The position numbers were made by a program, and so were the translations under genes. Below are positions 9,631-18,101 of a DNA stretch of 46,183 nt, piece by piece; within the stretch, counting starts at the first letter, position 1; every line of letters starts with the position of its first letter. Source of the stretch: a virus. The notes under the pieces were generated by a model. It saw only the letters and a list, made by a program, of their open reading frames with translations, was not told the origin of the DNA and did no database searches. Where the stretch lies: the IMG/VR virus record IMGVR_UViG_3300050133_000017, positions 1 to 46,183 of that record; one strand, 5' to 3'.

Positions 9631-11032
9631 TCTGATTTTGGTCCCGTTTGCTCAAGATGCGCCAGCGGTAAACGTTGACGCCATTCCTGTAAGCCTTGGT
9701 CCGTCCGACCCGCCACAAGCTGCAAGCTGGAGCCAGGGGTTTCCGACCGTAACCATGACGCCTCTTGCGGCGGGTGGCATTCCGCCGCGAGGCCAGAGCT
9801 TTAACGGCGTACTCCAGGACATAACTCAGCATCTGGTTTATATCGGCGGGGGCGGCCAGTACAAATGGAGCCAAGCTTATGTGACTGCTAAGGGCGGCTA
9901 CGCAATTGGCGACGTGATTCAGTCGGATGATGGTCTGCTCGCTTATGTGAGCATCGTTAATAACAACACTCAAAACTTCAATACCACGCCAGCATCTATC
10001 GGCCCTTCGTGGAGACTATGGGCTGGCGGGCAAGTCCCAGCTGCAACCACTGCCACGCCAGGTATCGCAAGAATTGCCACGCAGGTAGAGGTTGATAACT
10101 CCAACGGGACGAATACCATTGTAACCCCGGCCACACTGGGGCAGAAATTTACGACTTACTTTGTGCAGGCCACTGAAACCGTAATGGGGGTTTTGCGGAT
10201 AGCCACTGCCGCACAAGTTACTGCCGGGACCGACGACACAAGAGCGATCACCCCGCTAAAGCTTGCTCAGCGCCTGGCTTCCGCAATCGTGGCGGCCACC
10301 ACTACAGTGGCTGGCATCGCCAGGATCGCAACTCAGACAGAGGTTGACAACTCTACTGGAGCCAATCTGATCGTTACGCCCGCCACCCTCGGTCAGAAGT
10401 TTACTGATTATTTTAAGCAGGCAACTGAGTCTGTTATTGGCGTGCTGAGGATATCGACAACCGCACAAGTTACTGCTGGGACCGATGACGCAACTGCCAT
10501 AACCCCGCTTAAACTTGCCCAGAGGCTGGCAGCGGTAGTTGTTTCTGCCACTACCAGTGTGGCGGGCATCTCCAGAATCGCCACCCAGACAGAGGTCAAC
10601 AACTCGTCCGCAAACAATCTTGTCGTAACGCCTGCAACTCTCGGGGTTCTTCTGACCAACTACGTGGTTCAGGCTACTACGCTAGTCGCCGGTATTGCCA
10701 GGACTGCCACTCAAGCCCTGGTAAATGCCGGGACCGACACTCAAACCATTGTAACTCCTGCAACTCTGCGCTTTGGTGTTTCATACAGCCTAAGTATTAA
10801 TGGCTATATAGTACTTCCATCATGGCTTGGCGGCATTGCTTTTCAATGGGGGTCGGTTGCTACGGCTGGTACGGTAACATTCCCTACCGCGTTTACGGCC
10901 GCATACATCGCAATTGCATCCTCAAATATTAACGGTAACTTCACAAGCACAAGCGCGCTAACCACAACCTCCGTGCTTCTGTCTAATTCAGGAAACCAGC
11001 CTATGACATGGTTTGCTTTGGGGAGAGTGTAA
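9620..11032 (+). CDS. Tail fibre protein with internal phage-fibre repeats
   Basis: ATG 9620 is preceded by AAGGAG. 470 aa. It carries repeated GIARIATQxEVDNS..IVTPATLGQKF..GVLRI.T.AQVTAGTDD..AITPLKLAQRLA units. Confidence 0.85.
   Translation: MQPDLILVPFAQDAPAVNVDAIPVSLGPSDPPQAASWSQGFPTVTMTPLAAGGIPPRGQSFNGVLQDITQHLVYIGGGGQYKWSQAYVTAKGGYAIGDVIQSDDGLLAYVSIVNNNTQNFNTTPASIGPSWRLWAGGQVPAATTATPGIARIATQVEVDNSNGTNTIVTPATLGQKFTTYFVQATETVMGVLRIATAAQVTAGTDDTRAITPLKLAQRLASAIVAATTTVAGIARIATQTEVDNSTGANLIVTPATLGQKFTDYFKQATESVIGVLRISTTAQVTAGTDDATAITPLKLAQRLAAVVVSATTSVAGISRIATQTEVNNSSANNLVVTPATLGVLLTNYVVQATTLVAGIARTATQALVNAGTDTQTIVTPATLRFGVSYSLSINGYIVLPSWLGGIAFQWGSVATAGTVTFPTAFTAAYIAIASSNINGNFTSTSALTTTSVLLSNSGNQPMTWFALGRV
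10040..10785 (+). repeat. Coding tandem repeats inside the tail fibre (about three 80-aa units, each containing two sub-repeats)
   Basis: Visible in the translation and at DNA level (for example ggtatcgcaagaattgccacgcag versus ggcatcgccaggatcgcaactcag). Confidence 0.8.
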
Positions 11033-11421
11033 TGAGGTTCTTTAGCAGATCTACCGGCACAACCTATATCCAGGGCGTGCATGGCTTTATTCCGGAAGAC
11101 GCTGTAGAGATATCCGAAGAGATATTTAATGAGTGCTTCGCCAGCAGACCAATCGGAAAAGTCGTGCTTGTTGGGGATGACGGAATGCCATATTTGTCGG
11201 ATCCTCCACCACCAACATACAGGCAAGCCCTTGACGCGCTTAACCTGGCGTATCAAGCCGACGTAGAAAAATTTAACCGAGCATTCGCCATTGCCTACCT
11301 GTCTGACGGCCTCACTCAGGAGCCAAAGCAGGCGGCAATCAGGTCGCAATATGAAGCCAGAAAGAATCAGCACGCCGCCGACTCTTCCGCGCTAAAAGTC
11401 CAATACGGTATCGAGGGATAG
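11032..11421 (+). CDS. Tail fibre assembly chaperone
   Basis: TAATG coupling to the fibre stop. 129 aa (MRFFSRSTGTTYI...), with the typical position and size. Confidence 0.6.
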   Translation: MRFFSRSTGTTYIQGVHGFIPEDAVEISEEIFNECFASRPIGKVVLVGDDGMPYLSDPPPPTYRQALDALNLAYQADVEKFNRAFAIAYLSDGLTQEPKQAAIRSQYEARKNQHAADSSALKVQYGIEG

Positions 11422-11423
11422 AC

Positions 11424-11591
11424 ATGGAAATAAAATTTTGCCCGGGTTGCTCGGCCATTATGGAGCAGCTTCCTCGCACGCAAGGGGGTATTTCTGAGTT
11501 GTACTGGGTTTGCCCTGAGGGTGACTGGGAAGAGCCAGTAAACCGTGCCAAGCAGTCAGGCGTTGAAGCTGAAGCAACAGCAGATAAATAA
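11424..11591 (+). CDS. Small hypothetical protein (55 aa, CPGC...CPEG motif)
   Basis: ATG 11424 follows GAGGGA. It fills the gap before the lysis genes and is below the 60-aa track cut-off. Confidence 0.45.
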   Translation: MEIKFCPGCSAIMEQLPRTQGGISELYWVCPEGDWEEPVNRAKQSGVEAEATADK

Positions 11592-11600
11592 GGAATATCC

Positions 11601-11957
11601 ATGGACGACCCCGTAAGCCTGACCGGACTGCCAACCACAATCGCGACGGCTGTAGGGGTCTTTTTCGCCTGTATGGCCGCGCTGAATAAATGGATGCAGT
11701 CGCAAAAAAACGATGTCACTCAGGTCACGATTCTTACTGACGACCGCAACCGCTGGCAGACCAGAGCCGAAAAGGCCGAGGCAGCCATTGACGATTACCG
11801 GGCAAAGCTGAACCAAATCATCCTTGACCAGTCGGAAATGAAAGCGCAAAACGCCGTTATGATCGAGCAAATCAAATACTTGCGAGAGGAAAATGACGAT
11901 TTGCGCGCAGAAGTCCGCAGGCTTGCAGGAGGTTCAAATGTCCGATCAATCTCATAG
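11601..11957 (+). CDS. Membrane-anchored coiled-coil protein (lysis-associated, holin or i-spanin-like)
   Basis: N-terminal hydrophobic segment TAVGVFFACMAAL followed by a long heptad-like helix. AAGGAA RBS. Confidence 0.45.
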   Translation: MDDPVSLTGLPTTIATAVGVFFACMAALNKWMQSQKNDVTQVTILTDDRNRWQTRAEKAEAAIDDYRAKLNQIILDQSEMKAQNAVMIEQIKYLREENDDLRAEVRRLAGGSNVRSIS

Positions 11958-12195
11958 TTGTGATCCGAAAAAGGCCGCAAGGGATCGCAAGTTGTTTCTG
12001 TGTTTTGGGGCGCTAGCGATTGCGCTCGCTGTCGGGTTTGGTTATTCAATGGCAACAATCCAGTATCAAAACCAGATGTATGAGCATGCTGAGCTAGCGT
12101 CCAAGGAGCGCGCAAGTTTGCATAATCGTTATATGCGTCAGCTGAGCAAGAAAGATAAAGAGATCGCGGCACTTGTCAGAGTGTGCCCTATTTGA
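11938..12195 (+). CDS. Membrane-anchored protein (i-spanin-like)
   Basis: ATG 11938 follows AGGAGG. 85 aa, with TM segment LFLCFGALAIALAVGFG and a charged helical tail. Confidence 0.45.
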   Translation: MSDQSHSCDPKKAARDRKLFLCFGALAIALAVGFGYSMATIQYQNQMYEHAELASKERASLHNRYMRQLSKKDKEIAALVRVCPI

Positions 12196-12206
12196 GTGAT
12201 TAAAAA

Positions 12207-12677
12207 ATGAGCTACCCAAAGGCTGCAATTGATCAGGCCTTTCAACTTCTCCCAGCAGGAATGGACTCACCCATTGCCCGAGTAATACTGGCGGCAATTG
12301 GTTTTCAAGAGTCTGGTTATCTGGTGCGCATCCAGTATGGCAATGGCCCCGCCCGCTCTTATTGGCAGTTTGAGAATGGTCGGCTTGCCGGTATCAATGG
12401 CGTACTGACTCATCGCGCCACCGAAAAGCTGGCGGCTGCCGTATGCAAGGCTTGCGGTGTTGAGCCTGAGCGAATGGCTGTGTGGAAGGCCATGGAAACC
12501 GATGATGTGCTTGGGGCGGCCTTTGCTCGAATGCTGATGTATACCGACCCAAAGCCGCTGCCAAACGATCAAGCTGGCGCCTGGGAGATGTATGCCAAAA
12601 GACTTTGGCGCCCAGGCAAGCCGCATCCTGATAAGTGGCCCGCATCGTGGGCCTTCGGACTGGAGCGTGCAAAATGA
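12207..12677 (+). CDS. Endolysin, lytic transglycosylase-like
   Basis: 156 aa with AIGFQESGY...SYWQFE, resembling the SLT catalytic Glu-Ser motif. It sits in the lysis cassette. Confidence 0.55.
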   Translation: MSYPKAAIDQAFQLLPAGMDSPIARVILAAIGFQESGYLVRIQYGNGPARSYWQFENGRLAGINGVLTHRATEKLAAAVCKACGVEPERMAVWKAMETDDVLGAAFARMLMYTDPKPLPNDQAGAWEMYAKRLWRPGKPHPDKWPASWAFGLERAK

Positions 12678-13264
12678 ACTGGTCCGACATCGGCAGCATG
12701 GTTGGTCGCGCAGCCCCAATCGTCGGCACGCTTCTTGGCGGCCCAGCTGGCGCCGCTGTGGGCGCTCTGGTGGCGAGCGCGCTAAACGTACCCAATGACC
12801 CAGATTCGGTCAACGTGGCTCTTGCTGCGAATCCTGAGGCTCTTGCTCGCGTGCAAGAATTGCAGATCAATGCTCGCGTTCAGCTGGAGCAGTTGGCAGT
12901 CACCGCCGAGAGCAATCGGTTGCAGGCTGAGGCCGCGCAGTATTCAGCCGAAGCCGCTGACCGGGATAGCGCCCGCAAGCTGGCATCACAGCAGCCGCAT
13001 GACTTTGTGCGGCCAACCCTGACATTCATTATGCTGGGCGGCTCACTGTTCGTGGTGGTAGCCGTGCTGATTGGCTGGGCCAGTGACGTGATCCGCGATC
13101 CAACCGCAGCGCTTACGGTGGGCACCGTCCTAGGCCTGTGGCTTGGCATGACCAAGGAAGTCATGGGATTCTGGTTTGGCATGACCAAGGAGTCCCAGAA
13201 GCAATCCGCCATCGTCACGGATTTTGCCGTGGCGCCAGGCACCGTTACCAGGCCGGAAAAATAA
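12674..13264 (+). CDS. Holin-like protein with C-terminal TM helices (GTA-holin-3TM-like by eye)
   Basis: ATG 12674 overlaps the endolysin stop (ATGA). It has a Gly/Ala-rich N-terminus, a central coiled coil and TM segments LTFIMLGGSLFVVVAVLIGW and TVGTVLGLWLGM. Confidence 0.45.
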   Translation: MNWSDIGSMVGRAAPIVGTLLGGPAGAAVGALVASALNVPNDPDSVNVALAANPEALARVQELQINARVQLEQLAVTAESNRLQAEAAQYSAEAADRDSARKLASQQPHDFVRPTLTFIMLGGSLFVVVAVLIGWASDVIRDPTAALTVGTVLGLWLGMTKEVMGFWFGMTKESQKQSAIVTDFAVAPGTVTRPEK

Positions 13265-13284
13265 GTAGACCAAGGAGAAATGAA

Positions 13285-13578
13285 ATGCTTCCAGATTTTT
13301 TCATCCCGGTAAACGCTTGGGTTGATCTGTATGCGCTGACAGGGATTGCACAAGGCAAGTCGCTCAAGGTCACGCTGAAGTCGCACTTCAACACCTTCGC
13401 TTGGGAAGGCGATGCGCCGCCACCCTCTGAGCCTGACGACCACAACGGCGAGCCCGTGCAGTGCTGGGAGTCGATCCGCAACACCGACCTGTCAACCGGC
13501 TTCTGGATCCTGTCGGCATCCACGCTGCTGGGCGAATCTCAGCAAAGCAGGCTCAGCGTACAGGAGTGGGTAGAATGA
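13285..13578 (+). CDS. Hypothetical protein (97 aa)
   Basis: ATG 13285 follows AAGGAGAAA. The upstream part of track ORF 13138.. overlaps the holin gene out of frame. Confidence 0.55.
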   Translation: MLPDFFIPVNAWVDLYALTGIAQGKSLKVTLKSHFNTFAWEGDAPPPSEPDDHNGEPVQCWESIRNTDLSTGFWILSASTLLGESQQSRLSVQEWVE

Positions 13579-13949
13579 TCATCAAGGTCGGACCGCTTGA
13601 GGGGCCAAGTTCTGGCGGCGGGTCGACCGAGGCGTTGAGCGCCGAATACGTCTTGCATCTCGATCCTGGCGGCAATGTGATGGTGCCTGACTCTTCAGAT
13701 CTATTGATCAGCGTCATCTTGGATATGGATGCGGCCATGGGTGACTGCCAGATCATGCTGCCTACAGCAAAGAAGGGCCGTAGGGTTAGCTTCTTCTTCA
13801 CGCATACCGGCACGCAGTTTGTGTTTACTTCTGCTGAGCTTGGGGCGACCGTCTGCAATGGCGCGCTTTCGGTGGATAAGGACAATCTGATTGTCTTTTA
13901 CTGCGTGTCGGAATCGCAGAAAATCTGGGCACGTGAGGCGGCGTTGTGA
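13575..13949 (+). CDS. Hypothetical protein (124 aa), last gene of the rightward arm
   Basis: ATGA coupling at 13575. A bidirectional terminator follows. Confidence 0.55.
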   Translation: MIIKVGPLEGPSSGGGSTEALSAEYVLHLDPGGNVMVPDSSDLLISVILDMDAAMGDCQIMLPTAKKGRRVSFFFTHTGTQFVFTSAELGATVCNGALSVDKDNLIVFYCVSESQKIWAREAAL

Positions 13950-13963
13950 ATGCTCAACAATGA

Positions 13964-13990
13964 ATAAAGCGCCCCTTGAGGCGCTTTATT
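13964..13990. terminator. Bidirectional intrinsic terminator at the convergence of the late and early arms
   Basis: Stem AAAGCGCC (13966-13973) / GGCGCTTT (13980-13987), loop CCTTGA. Flanked by A-rich and T-rich tracts on both sides. Confidence 0.8.
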
Positions 13991-13991
13991 A

Positions 13992-14114
13992 TTATCTGCA
14001 TCGATAGAATTCAACGTATGCCCTCGCCTTTCGCAGGTAGAACCGGTGCAGGCTGATGTTATTTTCTCGCTTGGCGCGCTTGGCGTATTCAAGGCATTTG
14101 CTGATATGCTCCAT
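13992..14114 (-). CDS. Small basic protein (40 aa, MEHISKCLEYAKRAKREN...)
   Basis: ATG overlaps the upstream stop (TAATG). It ends right at the terminator. It replaces track ORF 13898..14092, which lies in another frame without coupling. Confidence 0.4.
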   Translation of the reverse strand: MEHISKCLEYAKRAKRENNISLHRFYLRKARAYVEFYRCR

Positions 14115-14413
14115 TATGGCATCGCCTTGCCAATTTCGGCGGCTATTTCAACCGCTGCCCGACGATAAGCTGCGCATCTGATTCTATTGGCTTCCTCCCT
14201 TGTGTTCTGGCCGATTTGCGATGCGTAATTAAACCTAACCTGAAGATTCAGGTCGAGCGCCATCCTTAAGCAGTCCCCGTCATCCGTGAGCGGATTCCAC
14301 TCGGGCGGCTGAAAATCACCATGTTTTACCCGGTACCAATACATGCCATTGAAATTTATTGGCCCGACTCCAGCAGCCTTTGCTGCAAAAATTAACAGGT
14401 CGTCATCACTCAC
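14114..14413 (-). CDS. Hypothetical phage protein (WNPLTDDGDCLRMALDL motif, DUF2591/NinX-like by eye)
   Basis: 99 aa, ATGA-coupled in the early operon. Confidence 0.6.
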   Translation of the reverse strand: MSDDDLLIFAAKAAGVGPINFNGMYWYRVKHGDFQPPEWNPLTDDGDCLRMALDLNLQVRFNYASQIGQNTREEANRIRCAAYRRAAVEIAAEIGKAMP

Positions 14414-14610
14414 TTCCGCATACTCCTAAGAATCGCCGCGGTTGCTTTGGTGGCGGCGTATTTGGCTCGGCTGTCATCGCTGAGTTCGCAGAGTTGCTGC
14501 TCGGGAAAACCAATCCACCCTTCGCCAATCACTGATCTCTTGAATCCAGTGACCATCACGCCGCCAACCCAGCAGGTCGGCTTCCAGGGTTGGTGGGTTT
14601 GGGTGGTCAT
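14410..14610 (-). CDS. Hypothetical protein (66 aa)
   Basis: ATGA coupling on both sides. Confidence 0.55.
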   Translation of the reverse strand: MTTQTHQPWKPTCWVGGVMVTGFKRSVIGEGWIGFPEQQLCELSDDSRAKYAATKATAAILRSMRK

Positions 14611-14840
14611 GGCCTAGCCTCCAGTGTTTTCGTCCAGTCTTCTGGCATTGTGAATCTCAGCCCGTCACGATCAATGTAGCCAGCGGTAAGAAAATCGAAC
14701 TCGTCTTGATTTTCGATAGCTTGCGTCCAAAGCGATGCAGTCTTGTCCGGCTTCAAGTTCCACCATCCCCACTCGCCATCCTTGTCCTGAGCAAGCCACA
14801 TAGCCCAGGTTGGCGCATCTTTCCAAAGTGGCTTTCTCAT
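14607..14840 (-). CDS. Hypothetical Trp-rich protein (77 aa, MRKPLWKDAPTWAMW...)
   Basis: The internal ATG 14840 overlaps the stop of the upstream 60-aa ORF (ATGA). Confidence 0.5.
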   Translation of the reverse strand: MRKPLWKDAPTWAMWLAQDKDGEWGWWNLKPDKTASLWTQAIENQDEFDFLTAGYIDRDGLRFTMPEDWTKTLEARP

Positions 14841-15019
14841 AACGGCATACTCATTATCGCCCAATCGAACACATAGGCCGCAGCAACCCCGGTCAGCCCG
14901 CATTTGATCAAAAACCAAGTGGTGAAGGTCTTTCCCATCATGGAATCCATGTGGACGATGCCTGACGGGCTGCGTTCGCGCATCTCTTGCTGGGTGAATT
15001 TGGTTGCTTGAACTCGCAT
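14837..15019 (-). CDS. Small membrane protein (60 aa, C-terminal TM)
   Basis: ATG lies 1 nt after the upstream stop and the gene is coupled downstream by ATGA. Hydrophobic segment FLIKCGLTGVAAAYVFDWAIM. Confidence 0.5.
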   Translation of the reverse strand: MRVQATKFTQQEMRERSPSGIVHMDSMMGKTFTTWFLIKCGLTGVAAAYVFDWAIMSMPL

Positions 15020-15020
15020 A

Positions 15021-15305
15021 TCAATTACCCCTGTAAGTCACAAATTTGACCTTGTAGCCTTTCGACTCAAGGAATTCAACGGAGCGCGTGATGACTGCTG
15101 AGTAGGCTTCTTGATCGAAGCACAGACCACTTGCCCAGCCGAGCTTGCCGCCTTCCAGCAAAACGCTATTGATGTCAGCTTCAGCTTTTCGTGAGCACAG
15201 ATCAATGCTTGTCGCTCGCGGATCTTCGTATCGGCCAGACACAACGCACTCTGTCGAGCCGTCTTTCATTTCCAGGCACATTGCCATTAGTACTGAGATT
15301 GCCAT
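15021..15305 (-). CDS. Hypothetical protein (94 aa)
   Basis: ATG 15305 is preceded by AAGGAA. The longer track start has no RBS. Confidence 0.55.
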   Translation of the reverse strand: MAISVLMAMCLEMKDGSTECVVSGRYEDPRATSIDLCSRKAEADINSVLLEGGKLGWASGLCFDQEAYSAVITRSVEFLESKGYKVKFVTYRGN

Positions 15306-15347
15306 TTTGGGATTCCTTGCAGGGTTTCGGTACTGACAAAGCCCCAA

Positions 15348-15563
15348 TTAAGGGGCTTGAGGTGTAAGCTTTGGCATAGCGTGAATCGGCGTAGCCCTAA
15401 CGACAAGTTGTCGTCCAAGTCGATAAGAATTCCCAAAAATTGTTAGTCCCATAAATCCTTTCTTGATGTCTTTTCTGCATACCGTCATAAGCCTGCCTTG
15501 GTGTTCAATGCAGTCTCCAACCTTGATGTCGGAGACGTGGACCTCTTCCCGGATAACCTGCAT
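15348..15563 (-). CDS. Hypothetical protein (71 aa)
   Basis: TAATG coupling to the upstream 49-aa ORF. Confidence 0.55.
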   Translation of the reverse strand: MQVIREEVHVSDIKVGDCIEHQGRLMTVCRKDIKKGFMGLTIFGNSYRLGRQLVVRATPIHAMPKLTPQAP

Positions 15564-15712
15564 TACAGCGCGCTAACTACGTCGGCCAAGAAGCGCGCCT
15601 TTGCTTCAGGGTAGGTATTTACGGCGTAATCGAAATGCGCTTCGATCATCGCGGCTACGGACTCCTGATTGAAACCGCCCTTGATCAGCAGGTTGATTAC
15701 TTTAGCTTTCAT
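15563..15712 (-). CDS. Small hypothetical protein (49 aa, MKAKVINLLIKGGFNQ...)
   Basis: ATG 15712 follows GGAGCAAGACGAG. It is the first ORF after promoter 15761-15789 and is below the track cut-off. Confidence 0.5.
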   Translation of the reverse strand: MKAKVINLLIKGGFNQESVAAMIEAHFDYAVNTYPEAKARFLADVVSAL

Positions 15713-15760
15713 CTCGTCTTGCTCCGTTGTTCGTTTCGTTTGTGTTCCCGTTGAATTGAA

Positions 15761-15789
15761 TAATAGTTATGCATAGCCACTATGTCAAC
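15761..15789 (-). promoter_or_regulatory. Family promoter P15: TTGACA-N17-TATTAT
   Basis: On the minus strand: gTTGACAtagtggctatgcataacTATTAT. -35 at 15784-15789, -10 at 15761-15766. Confidence 0.7.
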
Positions 15790-15810
15790 TATACAGACAA
15801 ATAATCTGCA

Positions 15811-15839
15811 AAAAAAAGACCTGCGGGTTAGGCAGGTCC
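15811..15839 (-). terminator. Intrinsic terminator after the Sak4-like gene
   Basis: Minus strand: GACCTGC-ctaaccc-GCAGGTC followed by TTTTTTTT. Confidence 0.8.
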
Positions 15840-15846
15840 AAATTCG

Positions 15847-16872
15847 TCAAGTCGCGAACGGATCATCGTCACCGTACTGCTGAGGTTCATCACGATGGGC
15901 GGGCACCTGATCCTGCTCCTGGCGCTCAATTGGATTGAATCCACCACCAGACAAGTCAATATCATCCGGCTCTTGTGGCTCGCGCTCAGCAGCCTGGCGG
16001 TCGAATTCGGCGGCACTACTGCGCGCCATGTCGATAAATTCCTGACCCAACGCTTTTTTGATCTTGGCTGGCTGCGCGTCCCAGATATTGTTGACCTCAT
16101 TCAGGCCTTCCGATGCCTGGCTCAAGATCGTATTTCGGGCGCGCTCAATCTCGGGATCAAGTTTAACCGCCCCATCGACCCACTGGCGCAGCATCAGTCC
16201 TTCACGTGGGCCAAGGTAGCCATCAGGCTTGCCAAATATGTGCTGGAGCGCTGAGGGGCACTTGATGACCTCTCGGCGCGAACCTTCGTCATGGATCAGC
16301 AGGCTTGCCGTCATCTCGAAAAGCACGTTCTTTTCACAGATAGGTTGAATGCCCAGGCTTTCCGGTTTCGATGGATTTTTGAAGCTGGTCTTTTCGCGGG
16401 CGCGCAGGCACAGGATGATGTGCATGTCGCACGTCAACAGCGTATTCATGAAGCGTTTATGTTCGCGCTTGGCCTTCTTCCAGTTAGCGACCTTTCCGCC
16501 GTCGTCAGCGATATCCTCACAGCCGCCTTCGCCTTCCCATTCGTGGCTCCCTGAGTCGATCACCAGCACCTCTACGCCATCCGCCTGGAATTCCTTGATG
16601 GCCGTCGAGTAACGTTGCGGAGAGAACGGCGCGTAGAGGTCGCCAATTTGAAACCGATTGACCTGCTTGTCTTTGCCAACAAGGATGTCGTCGTAAAGGC
16701 TGCCACGCTTGTTCTCGGTGTCCAGCAAGCCAACCTTTTTGCTATCGCCATTAGCCAGCCCCCAAGCAAGCTGGAGAGCCGTATAGGTCTTGCCGGAACC
16801 GGACACGCCAGCCAGGCCGATAACCAGCCTGGCTCCTTCACGCACCGCTGGCCGAATATTCAAAATGCTCAT
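15847..16872 (-). CDS. Sak4-like RecA-fold ATPase (single-strand annealing/recombination, AAA_24-like)
   Basis: Walker A GLAGVSGSGKTYTAL and Walker B-like VLVIDS. 341 aa, adjacent to the exonuclease gene. Confidence 0.6.
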   Translation of the reverse strand: MSILNIRPAVREGARLVIGLAGVSGSGKTYTALQLAWGLANGDSKKVGLLDTENKRGSLYDDILVGKDKQVNRFQIGDLYAPFSPQRYSTAIKEFQADGVEVLVIDSGSHEWEGEGGCEDIADDGGKVANWKKAKREHKRFMNTLLTCDMHIILCLRAREKTSFKNPSKPESLGIQPICEKNVLFEMTASLLIHDEGSRREVIKCPSALQHIFGKPDGYLGPREGLMLRQWVDGAVKLDPEIERARNTILSQASEGLNEVNNIWDAQPAKIKKALGQEFIDMARSSAAEFDRQAAEREPQEPDDIDLSGGGFNPIERQEQDQVPAHRDEPQQYGDDDPFAT

Positions 16873-16900
16873 TTGCTGCCCCTGTCAGGAATGGCGCCAA

Positions 16901-16930
16901 TTGACATAACTGGCGCCGAATAACGATTAT
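16901..16930 (+). promoter_or_regulatory. Family-type promoter in antisense orientation: TTGACATA-N18-GATTAT
   Basis: Plus strand: aTTGACAtaactggcgccgaataacGATTAT. The -35 lies in the loop of the inverted repeat GGCGCCA (16893-16899) / TGGCGCC (16911-16917). It points into the leftward exonuclease gene. Confidence 0.5.
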
Positions 16931-17865
16931 ACCAGACCTTCGCGCTTAAGCAGATACTCCGGCACGCAAAGATCCTCGCGACCGCCCAGGCCAGGCCAAA
17001 CGTCGGCGTCACGGCATTTGCGGTACATCTTGATTGCCTCAGCCAACTGCTTTCGCCCAAGCTGCCAGGCGTGCGGCTGATTGTCGTGGTCGCCGCGTGA
17101 CCGCTCGAAAATGGTGAACGGCTTGCACAGGTAAGGAGTTTCCTTTTCCTGCGCCAGGATGATGTAGCCAGCCGGATAGTGTCCGTAAGCTTGCTTGAAC
17201 AGCTCGACTTCCATGCAGGCGCGCATCGGGTAGCCCATGTCGGTAGCCTTGCGGCCAAACGTCTGCGGCTCGGCGTCCATGGTGGTCTTGTAGTTGCACA
17301 TCCACTCGGCTGGCGTGATCAGGTCGGGGCGGCACTTGAATTCATCGCTGACGATTGAGTATTCAGAGAATCCGCCTTCGAACATTGCGGCAGTTGCCGA
17401 ATCAGCCAGCAGTGAATGGCGCATTGCCTGGATCTTGTCGAAGTCGGCTACCGGGATGAATTCACGACCTGGCAGCGCCGCACGGAAAGCTTCACGCTCG
17501 ATGTCTTCGATGTGAACCTTTTCACCGGTTTCCACGATTCGCGCAATCAGATCGGCAGCGGTGCCAGACACCTTCAGGCCGCGCTCTTTGAGCCATTCCT
17601 GATAATGCTTATTCTGGCTCATGATTGACTCATAAACGCTGCCGTCGAAATCTCGGGCATACGCTTCAGCGAATCGCTTGGGCTCCAGCATCATGGCATG
17701 CGACCAGATGCCGAAGTCAAGAACCTTGGCCTTTGGCTGATCGCCGAATTTTGCCTTGGCTGGCGAGTGGGTCAGCATCTTGTGCAGGAAGCTGCCGGAT
17801 CGCTGGTCGAGCAGTTGATAGGCTTCGTTGGTGAGCTGGTCTGGGGTGAATACGGTTGTGGTCAT
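16927..17865 (-). CDS. PD-(D/E)XK family exonuclease (Cas4/RecB-like, putative)
   Basis: 312 aa, with a CRPDLI...MCNYKTT nuclease-like motif. It pairs with the Sak4-like ATPase as in phage recombination modules. Confidence 0.5.
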   Translation of the reverse strand: MTTTVFTPDQLTNEAYQLLDQRSGSFLHKMLTHSPAKAKFGDQPKAKVLDFGIWSHAMMLEPKRFAEAYARDFDGSVYESIMSQNKHYQEWLKERGLKVSGTAADLIARIVETGEKVHIEDIEREAFRAALPGREFIPVADFDKIQAMRHSLLADSATAAMFEGGFSEYSIVSDEFKCRPDLITPAEWMCNYKTTMDAEPQTFGRKATDMGYPMRACMEVELFKQAYGHYPAGYIILAQEKETPYLCKPFTIFERSRGDHDNQPHAWQLGRKQLAEAIKMYRKCRDADVWPGLGGREDLCVPEYLLKREGLV

Positions 17866-18101
17866 TGCGGCACTACCTCTAATGGCATCCAGTGGGTAAC
17901 AGCATCAAGGCACTGAGAGCGAGTCTCGCCGATGATGTTCCAGTATTGATTGATCTGATGCGCATCGAGATATCCGACGCCATACCAGTTCAAGCCTTGC
18001 TCGTCGTGAGCGGTCGAGTTCATCCAGCGGTCGTTATGCGCCAGCGCCACGATCTGATGAGGTTCTGGCAGTCGCTCGGTTGCTGCGATCCACTGGCTCA
18101 T
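17862..18101 (-). CDS. DUF551-like protein
   Basis: 79 aa, with WIAATERLPEP at the N-terminus and VTHWMPLEVVPQ at the C-terminus. Confidence 0.55.
   Translation of the reverse strand: MSQWIAATERLPEPHQIVALAHNDRWMNSTAHDEQGLNWYGVGYLDAHQINQYWNIIGETRSQCLDAVTHWMPLEVVPQ

Noticed and set aside
9620-11032. Diversity-generating retroelement targeting the repeat-rich tail fibre
   Set aside because: There is no reverse transcriptase anywhere in the genome, and no template/variable repeat pair with adenine-specific differences.
13898-14092. 64-aa track ORF at the end of the early arm
   Set aside because: It is not coupled to the upstream gene and has a poor composition. The alternative 40-aa frame (13992..14114) starts with a TAATG overlap and ends at the terminator.
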